32,000 nt of DNA, from assembly GCF_000981785.2 (NCBI RefSeq), contig NZ_CP011304.1:1560001-1592000 (forward strand), in the 5' to 3' direction. This document shows, piece after piece, positions 26,334-32,000 of the stretch. The translations under genes and the position numbers were made by a program. The DNA is from Microcystis aeruginosa NIES-2549. GTDB lineage: Bacteria > Cyanobacteriota > Cyanobacteriia > Cyanobacteriales > Microcystaceae. Numbering within the stretch: position 1 is the stretch's first letter; every line of letters starts with the position of its first letter. The notes beneath the pieces are model-generated. The model was not told the origin of the DNA and did no database searches. It was given only the letters and a program-made list of their open reading frames with translations.

Positions 26334-26687
26334 ATGTCTCATTTTAGCACTCTCCGGACCAAAATCACCGATGCCGAAATCCTCAAAGCTTCTCTCCGCG
26401 ACCTCGGTATTAGCGTAAAAACCGAAGCTGATGTTCGTGGTTACAACGGTCAACGGGTTCGCTCCGACATCGTTGCTGTTCTCGATGGCGAATATGATCT
26501 CGGTTGGTCTCGCAATACCGACGGCAGTTTCGATTTAATCGCCGACCTCTGGGGTGTAGCCAAAAAACACAATCAAACCGAATTGATCAACTCGATTAAC
26601 CAAAAATACGCTGTGAACAAAACCCTATCCGAAGTGAAACAGCGCGGTCTGCAAAACGCTAACGTTAAGCTAGTCGTTCAAAGCTAA
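26334..26687 (+). CDS. DUF1257 (Ycf35-like) protein
   Basis: MSHFSTLRTKITDAEILKASLRDLG...DLGWSRNTDGSFDLIADLWGV matches my memory of the Ycf35/DUF1257 family. An RBS AGAGGAAA lies upstream of the ATG at 26334. Confidence 0.8.
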   Translation: MSHFSTLRTKITDAEILKASLRDLGISVKTEADVRGYNGQRVRSDIVAVLDGEYDLGWSRNTDGSFDLIADLWGVAKKHNQTELINSINQKYAVNKTLSEVKQRGLQNANVKLVVQS

Positions 26688-26713
26688 GATTTACAGCGCG
26701 TTCCCAAGCCTAG

Positions 26714-26742
26714 GGGTTGACCAGTTCGGTTAACCCTTTTTT
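26714..26742 (+). terminator. Rho-independent terminator after the DUF1257 gene
   Basis: The stem GGGTTGACC / GGTTAACCC (9 bp, one G.U) has a loop AGTTC and is followed by TTTTTT. Confidence 0.6.
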
Positions 26743-26787
26743 CTGTCTGTAGGGTATGTTAAGAATAGTAAAATTCACTTGACAAAA

Positions 26788-27435
26788 ATGCTCCGACCCG
26801 AAGAAAGAACTAAACTCGATCCGACCAAAGACAGCGATTTTTATGCTTTTCCCCGCTTCGTCACCCACGTGGATGAGGGTTTTATCGATCAATTAACCGC
26901 TCTCTACCGAGAGATATTATCGCCGAATACACGCATTTTAGACCTGATGAGCAGCTGGGTGTCCCATTTACCGGAGGAGATGGAATTTGAGCATATCGAA
27001 GGTCACGGGATGAATGGGGAGGAGTTAGCCAAAAATCCCCGCTTGCATAGTTATTTTGTCCAGGACCTGAATGCACAGCCAAAATTGCCCCTAGAGGATA
27101 GTTCTTTTGATGCGGTGTTAATCACGGTGTCGGTGCAGTATTTGCAGTATCCAGAGGCGATTTTTGCGGAACTGTATCGCATTTTAAAGCCTAATGGTCT
27201 GGTGGTGGTCAGTTTTTCCAATCGGATGTTTTACCAAAAAGCGATCGCTGCTTGGCGCGATAATAGCGATTTAGGCCGGGTGGCCCTAGTGAAATCCTAT
27301 TTTAAATCGGTGGCGGGATTTAGGGAAGTACAGGCGATCGTTCGTGCTGCTACTACCCCCAGTTTCCTACAAATGTTAGGAATTATGGTCGCCGATCCCT
27401 TCTATGCAGTGATAGGGAAAAAGAATCCTCTCTAG
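26788..27435 (+). CDS. class I SAM-dependent methyltransferase (Methyltransf_11-like)
   Basis: It carries the motif I-like ILDLMSSWVSHL, then DAVLITVSVQYL and LKPNGLVVVSFSN. The ATG is at 26788; the track start is a TTG. Confidence 0.8.
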   Translation: MLRPEERTKLDPTKDSDFYAFPRFVTHVDEGFIDQLTALYREILSPNTRILDLMSSWVSHLPEEMEFEHIEGHGMNGEELAKNPRLHSYFVQDLNAQPKLPLEDSSFDAVLITVSVQYLQYPEAIFAELYRILKPNGLVVVSFSNRMFYQKAIAAWRDNSDLGRVALVKSYFKSVAGFREVQAIVRAATTPSFLQMLGIMVADPFYAVIGKKNPL

Positions 27436-27449
27436 GATTATAGTCATCG

Positions 27450-27656
27450 TTAACACTCAGAGGGCCATTCCGATAATACCTGTAATTCGTTGGAATAGCC
27501 TATTTGATCTCTCCTTGTTTGTTGTTCACTTGAGTTGTCAAGTAATAAATCACGATGGCGACTTGGTGAAATAGCAATAATTAAAGCTGGACGCAGTTTT
27601 CCTGATTTCAAGTCTGCTTGAGGAAAACGAATTAGAACAATATCACCTGGTTTCAT
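27450..27656 (-). pseudogene. truncated PemK/MazF-family toxin remnant
   Basis: The N-terminal 40 aa, MKPGDIVLIRFPQADLKSGKLRPALIIAISPSRHRDLLL, are typical of MazF/PemK. The sequence then loses similarity and stops at 68 aa, whereas full-length toxins are about 110 aa or more. Only 14 nt separate it from the neighbouring gene. Confidence 0.6.
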
Positions 27657-27886
27657 GGTTGATAAATTTCTTGAGCATCTGCTAGGGAATATTCAATTTC
27701 ATATCCTTCTTTGAAAAATTGCTCTAATGAAAATTTTTGCCAGTTTTCATCTTGCCAATTAGTATATTCTGAAATGTTGTTTGGCTTAGGGGAAATTAAT
27801 CGGGTAAAGTTGGCAATTTTTTCAACAATGTCATCAGGTAATCGGTCAATCTGTTGGTGAAGTTCTTCACGAATTGTAGCAGACAT
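27653..27886 (-). CDS. putative antitoxin (small acidic protein, coupled to the mazF remnant)
   Basis: The 77-aa ORF's stop overlaps the toxin start (ATGA at 27653-27656). This is typical type II TA organisation. The family itself was not recognised. Confidence 0.55.
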   Translation of the reverse strand: MSATIREELHQQIDRLPDDIVEKIANFTRLISPKPNNISEYTNWQDENWQKFSLEQFFKEGYEIEYSLADAQEIYQP

Positions 27887-28025
27887 AAGTTAAATTATTT
27901 GATTAAGGTGTAGAATGGATAGTATTGATTATAACTCAGATATTGGGGGGTAATTTGGGAAAAAGTAATGTTGGGTTTCTACAATATCAGCGATCGCACT
28001 ACGTTCTTCGGCATCGCACTGACAG

Positions 28026-28343
28026 CTGCCATCAATGGGCATGGTGCGTTCCCCAAAATCGATCGCTTTGTAGCAGGACTTGCATTAGGGAACGCACCCT
28101 ACGACTGCCATCAATGGGCATGGTGCGTTCCCCAAAATCGATCGCTTTGTAGCAGGACTTGCATTAGGGAACGCACCCTACGACTGCCATCAATGGGCAT
28201 GGTGCGTTCCCCAAAATCGATCGCTTTGTAGCAGGACTTGCATTAGGGAACGCACCCTACGACTGCCATCAATGGGCATGGTGCGTTCCCAAAAATCGAT
28301 CACTGGAGTAATAGGACTTGCATTAGGGAACGCACCCTACGGC
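28026..28343 (+). repeat. Tandem array of four 79-nt units, each with an 11-bp inverted repeat GGTGCGTTCCC / GGGAACGCACC
   Basis: Units start at 28026, 28105, 28184 and 28263. The first three are identical. The last has a diverged loop and is followed by a T8 run (28346-28353). Confidence 0.9.
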
Positions 28344-28400
28344 TGTTTTTTTTCTGACTTCAGCAGACTAACGGCTAAACTCACCTGCGTGCGGAGCGCA

Positions 28401-28988
28401 TCAGGTGTAGCGACTTTTTAGCCTTGATTTATATTCTACTGTTTTATATTTTAAATCTTCAAGAAATTCAAAATAAATATTTTTCTGATCAATTTTATGG
28501 ATATTATCAATAGTTGAAAGTATATCATCACATTCTTGTGCATTTGCTCCATTCATTCCATATAGAATTCCCGCAGGGTATTCATGACCACAGAACTGAA
28601 GCCAATCTATAAACTTACAAATATATGTCGTCTTTACCCACTCATCATCTGGAAAACTATTTAACAACTCTATTAATAATTGCCGTTCACTTTTATATTC
28701 AAATTTTTCCCACAACTCTTGATCAGAATAAAAATGTTGAATATGTTTTATTAATAATTTTGTTTCCTGAAGTTTACCTTCATGGTATCCACTAAGCAGG
28801 TGAGGAAATACTATTCCTTTAAAAATTATATGATTTATATTGTTACTTTCACCATCATTTAAAATTTCATTTAATAAATTATTATCATTCGTTTCTTTCC
28901 AATATAAAACCAATTCGTTGGCGATGATGTTTGCCTTTTTTCGCAAACCATCACTCAGTAGTTTCTTGTATAAAAGATATTTTTCCAT
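28401..28988 (-). CDS. hypothetical protein, AT-rich orphan gene
   Basis: This is a clean 195-aa ORF rich in Asn, Lys, Ile and Tyr. It is visibly more AT-rich than its neighbours. No motif was recognised. Confidence 0.6.
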   Translation of the reverse strand: MEKYLLYKKLLSDGLRKKANIIANELVLYWKETNDNNLLNEILNDGESNNINHIIFKGIVFPHLLSGYHEGKLQETKLLIKHIQHFYSDQELWEKFEYKSERQLLIELLNSFPDDEWVKTTYICKFIDWLQFCGHEYPAGILYGMNGANAQECDDILSTIDNIHKIDQKNIYFEFLEDLKYKTVEYKSRLKSRYT

Positions 28989-29250
28989 GACTTTATAGGC
29001 TAACTATTGATTATACAGAAACTTTCTGTCTAACACTCTCCAGAGTAACGATAGGTGGAAACTTGCGGCATACTGCTCCATTTTAGCGCAATCGCCCGAA
29101 CTTTTCCCCATATCATACCCAAGAGCTTATTAGCCAGATTAAACAACCTCTTTTAAGTGGATTCCTAACAACAAGCTCAAATAAAATAGACTTTTCGGGA
29201 AGTGTAGCACTAAGTCTTCAATCCACCCGACAATTACCTAATTTTCGGGG

Positions 29251-29288
29251 AAAAAGTGCCTAAATTTTGCCACCGGCTGGCACTTTTT
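29251..29288 (-). terminator. Hairpin terminator (potentially bidirectional) downstream of the 29352-29825 gene
   Basis: AAAAAGTGCC (29251-29260) pairs with GGCACTTTTT (29279-29288). T-runs follow the stem on both strands. Confidence 0.4.
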
Positions 29289-29351
29289 GAGGACAAAAAA
29301 GCCTAAAAGTCTTATCCCACAAGGTTTTTAGCTCTATTCAGCCGACCCTAT

Positions 29352-29825
29352 TTATTGGTGTACCTGCAAATGAAGGACATAATGACCTAAAATCAGGTTA
29401 TCTGACCATAATTCGTACTCTAGACGCAAATATTCGGGGAAATTATCCCCCTCTAATTTGAGACTACGGGTATAGTTGCGGACGCGAAAAGCGTAACCCG
29501 GTTGAGAACTTTCGGCATTTAACCAGTAGCGACTGACACCAAAAACCCCTTGCTCCCAAAAATGACGATAGGCGAATTTTCCCTGGCCCTGCATGGTCAT
29601 AATTACCCGATTAGCCGAAATTTCTAGCCAAATTAATTTATTTTGATTATTTTTGGGTTTAAGTGTCTCTATTTCGGCGAGAGCCACCGGGGGTTGATTG
29701 AGGAGAAGATGAAACCGGTGGCGATCCTTTTGGTAGAGGGTAGCGGCAGTGTCTAAAGAGGAGAGGATGGGTAGATCTGTCGAGAGCAGACAGAAGGAAA
29801 CGGGACGGCGGTGATGAGCAAGCAT
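29352..29825 (-). CDS. hypothetical protein (157 aa)
   Basis: The ORF has ordinary composition and no overlapping competitor of similar quality. No family was recognised. Confidence 0.55.
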   Translation of the reverse strand: MLAHHRRPVSFCLLSTDLPILSSLDTAATLYQKDRHRFHLLLNQPPVALAEIETLKPKNNQNKLIWLEISANRVIMTMQGQGKFAYRHFWEQGVFGVSRYWLNAESSQPGYAFRVRNYTRSLKLEGDNFPEYLRLEYELWSDNLILGHYVLHLQVHQ

Positions 29826-29923
29826 AGACTAGACTTAATGGTGTCCTTATCTCCACAATAGTGGATTCTCTGCCCACCGCTACCGGCACCGGAAATTTTT
29901 TTGAGAAAAAATCCAGAAAACAC

Positions 29924-29953
29924 TTGCATTATTGAGGGACTTATGATTATAAT
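29924..29953 (+). promoter_or_regulatory. Candidate promoter of tRNA-Asn
   Basis: TTGCAT (29924-29929), an 18-nt spacer and TATAAT (29948-29953) end 19 nt upstream of the mature tRNA 5' end. Confidence 0.45.
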
Positions 29954-29972
29954 TATTAATTGTGAGTAGCCT

Positions 29973-30044
29973 TCCTCGGTAGCTCAGTGGTAGAGCGGTC
30001 GGCTGTTAACCGATTGGTCGTAGGTTCGAATCCCACCCGGGGAG
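29973..30044 (+). tRNA. tRNA-Asn (anticodon GUU)
   Basis: The sequence is UCCUCGG UA GCUC AGUGGUA GAGC G GUCGG CUGUUAA CCGAU UGGUC GUAGG UUCGAAU CCCAC CCGGGGA G. It forms a full cloverleaf with one A.C mismatch in the T stem. No CCA is encoded. Confidence 0.9.
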
Positions 30045-30059
30045 TTAATCAAAAATAGA

Positions 30060-30089
30060 AGCGGCAATAAGAAAGTATTGCCGCTTTTT
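30060..30089 (+). terminator. Bidirectional rho-independent terminator between tRNA-Asn and the convergent M16 peptidase gene
   Basis: The stem GCGGCAATA (30061-30069) / TATTGCCGC (30076-30084) has a loop AGAAAG. TTTTT follows on the plus strand and a T-rich run follows on the minus strand. Confidence 0.6.
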
Positions 30090-30096
30090 GCTCTGA

Positions 30097-31356
30097 CTAG
30101 AGAATTTCAGCGATCGCATTTTCTGGACCGACTAAAGAAATGTAAGGATTTTGAAAATATTTACTGGCTACCGATCGCGCTTGTTCGGGAGTAATCTGAT
30201 TAATAGAATCCAGGAAAGTGCGATCAAATTCAATCCCCAAACCTAAGCTTTCGTACCAACCGTATAATTGAGCGATTTCGGCGTTAGTTTGTTTACCGAG
30301 AGCATATTGACCCAATAACTTATTTTTAGCTGACTGTAACTCCTCCTCGCTCAAAGTTACTTTATATAACCTTTCTGCTTCCTGACGCAATCCCGACAGG
30401 GCCATGGCTGTGTTTTGGGGTGCAGTTCCCATATAAATGACAAATTGGGAAGAATCGAGACGGGTGGGATAAAAAGCGGAAACATCGTAGGCTAATCCCC
30501 GTTTTTCTCGCAATTCCACGAATAAACGACTAGATAAACCATTCCCCAGATAGGTACTCAATAATTTTAAAACGGCATAATCATCCTCTTGCACAGAAGA
30601 GCCGGGGTATCCTAACATAACGATCGCCTGTTGACTAGCTTGGACGGTAGTTAAACAGGTGGGCTGAAAATCAAAAGCAGCTGGGGGTAAACTAGATAAA
30701 GGAAGATCGGGAATTGACCAACTGCCAAAAATTTCCGTCACTGCTTTTACTGCTTGCTCTAGGGTAATACGGCCAGAAAGACTAATTACCAAGTTATCGG
30801 GACGGAAAAAGCGACTATGATAGGCCAGCAGGTCATCCCGTTGCAATTGCGAAACCGTTGCCTCCGTACCCAATAAAGACATACCATAGGGGTGATTGGG
30901 GTACATAGCGGCGCGTAATTGATTAAAAGCCACATTAAAAGGCTGTTCCAATTGAGAGCGAATGCTTTGACGGGTGAGATTTTTCTCTAATTCGATTTCT
31001 GGGGGTGGAAAACTGGGAAAACGAATAATTTCCGCCGCTAGACGCAATATATCTAAAAAATCCTTGGTAACAGTCTTTAAACTAACCACAAAATAATCGG
31101 TCCCCGTGTCCGCACTTAAACCGGCCCCCGTGGACTCAATGCGATCAGCAATTTCTAGGGAAGATAACTTTTCTGTACCTTTGGTGAGCAGCACGGCTAA
31201 AAGACGAAATAAACCCGCTTTTTCGGCTTTTTCCCACCGAGTACCCGCATTTTTGAGAAAAATCCTCCCTGCAACTAACTCCACGGCCGTATTTTCCACC
31301 ACTAAAAGGGTGATGCCATTTTCTAAGGTTAAGCGGTGAATGGGGGAAGCGGACAT
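30097..31356 (-). CDS. M16 (pitrilysin) family peptidase-like protein lacking the HxxEH zinc motif
   Basis: It has the M16 fold signature and typical length (419 aa). The position of GxAHFLEHxxFKGT reads AGLFRLLAVLLTKGT, so both His and the Glu are absent. Confidence 0.85.
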   Translation of the reverse strand: MSASPIHRLTLENGITLLVVENTAVELVAGRIFLKNAGTRWEKAEKAGLFRLLAVLLTKGTEKLSSLEIADRIESTGAGLSADTGTDYFVVSLKTVTKDFLDILRLAAEIIRFPSFPPPEIELEKNLTRQSIRSQLEQPFNVAFNQLRAAMYPNHPYGMSLLGTEATVSQLQRDDLLAYHSRFFRPDNLVISLSGRITLEQAVKAVTEIFGSWSIPDLPLSSLPPAAFDFQPTCLTTVQASQQAIVMLGYPGSSVQEDDYAVLKLLSTYLGNGLSSRLFVELREKRGLAYDVSAFYPTRLDSSQFVIYMGTAPQNTAMALSGLRQEAERLYKVTLSEEELQSAKNKLLGQYALGKQTNAEIAQLYGWYESLGLGIEFDRTFLDSINQITPEQARSVASKYFQNPYISLVGPENAIAEIL

Positions 31357-31359
31357 CTT

Positions 31360-32000
31360 TTATTCACAGGGTTGCATTATTGTAATAGCATATCGCTCCG
31401 GGGAGAGATACTGACGAGCCAGACGCTGGAGATCTGACGGTTGCAAACTTTGGATAACTTGGGGATAGATCGTGGCTAGGTCGGCAGCTCTCAGGGTTTG
31501 ATAATATCCATAGAGTCCCGCTAATTGGCCCGGGGTTTCTGTGGAGAAAATATAATCGTTAGCTAATAACTGTTGAGTGCGGTGTAATTCTGGGGGGGTG
31601 ACGGGATGATCGTGCAGATGTTGGAGATGTTCACAGATAATAGCTTCGATTGTCTCAGTTTGTGGGCTAGATAGCCAAGCGCCGATGGTAAAGAGACTGG
31701 AATCTCGTTGCAGGGAAAAATTACTGTTAATATCGAGGACGATTTGCGCTTCTTCTCGCAGCTGTCGCACTAACCGCGAACAGCGTCCCCCGGCAAGAAT
31801 TACCGAAAGCAAGTCTAATCCAAAGGCATCTTCTAGGCGATCGCATCCTGGTCCAGTCCATCCCATCAAGAGACGAGAATGTTCTAGGTGGGGTAAATAT
31901 ACTTGGGAACGACGAATTTCGATCAGGGGGGGTTCGGCAACCACTAAATGGGGAGGGGATTCCGAGGGGACGGGAAATTCCCGAAAAGATTGCCGGATAA
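31360..32000 (-). CDS. M16 family peptidase, C-terminal part (5' end outside the window)
   Basis: The minus-strand frame stays open to base 32000 (…FREFPVPSESPPHLVVAEPP…). The M16 C-terminal domain pattern is present. The stop lies 3 nt before the start of the downstream M16 gene. Confidence 0.8.
   Translation of the reverse strand, partial: IRQSFREFPVPSESPPHLVVAEPPLIEIRRSQVYLPHLEHSRLLMGWTGPGCDRLEDAFGLDLLSVILAGGRCSRLVRQLREEAQIVLDINSNFSLQRDSSLFTIGAWLSSPQTETIEAIICEHLQHLHDHPVTPPELHRTQQLLANDYIFSTETPGQLAGLYGYYQTLRAADLATIYPQVIQSLQPSDLQRLARQYLSPERYAITIMQPCE

Noticed and set aside
24258-26687. The AAA+ ATPase with small flanking genes as a novel phage-defence system.
   Set aside because: The three genes match, from memory, a core operon conserved throughout cyanobacteria and partly in plastids (ycf46/ycf35). 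That is inconsistent with an accessory defence island.
27925-28231. ORFs 27925-28152 and 27968-28231, which give repetitive HQWAWCVPQNRSLCSRTCIRERTLRLPSMGMVRSPKSIAL peptides.
   Set aside because: They are translations of the 79-nt tandem repeat. There is no RBS and the composition is that of the repeat.
28026-28343. Possible CRISPR array, given the regularly spaced repeats with dyad symmetry.
   Set aside because: The whole 79-nt unit is repeated, including the would-be spacers, so there is no unique spacer content. No cas genes or leader are present in the window. It is a plain tandem repeat.

Overview
This window looks like a cyanobacterial chromosome segment. HIP1 GCGATCGC palindromes are frequent, ycf46/ycf35-type genes are present, and G-rich heptamer arrays occur. 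The overall look resembles Microcystis, but that attribution is inference only.

Housekeeping genes fill most of the window:
- an S41 C-terminal processing protease
- ftsQ, ftsZ and thiD
- a Bgt-like amino-acid ABC transporter (fused binding-protein/permease, plus a divergently transcribed ATPase)
- an AI-2E transporter
- the conserved RHH/zinc-ribbon, Ycf46 AAA+ and DUF1257 operon
- a SAM methyltransferase
- a pair of M16 peptidases
- tRNA-Gln(UUG) and tRNA-Asn(GUU)

The most interesting region is an orphan, visibly AT-richer biosynthetic island at about 13.5-23.9 kb, bordered on its left by a decayed IS200/IS605-type tnpB relic. It encodes a fatty acyl-AMP ligase, a free ACP and a cytochrome P450. 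An oppositely oriented multidomain lectin-like protein follows. Then come a 1157-aa synthase and a GT-A glycosyltransferase. Every catalytic domain of the synthase is atypical:
- the KS reads NGTAT where HGTGT is expected
- the AT-sized region lacks GQGSQ and GHSxG
- the carrier domain is PCP-type
- the TE has GECIG, with Cys in place of the usual Ser

Other accessory features:
- a split ATPase + Toprim-like (DUF4276-type) two-gene module at the left edge, with an in-frame TGA where I expect a conserved Trp
- an intact antitoxin next to a truncated MazF remnant
- a 4 x 79-nt hairpin-containing tandem array
- an AT-rich orphan gene
- several families of heptamer and palindromic repeats

All calls come from reading the sequence and translations. 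No database search was run.
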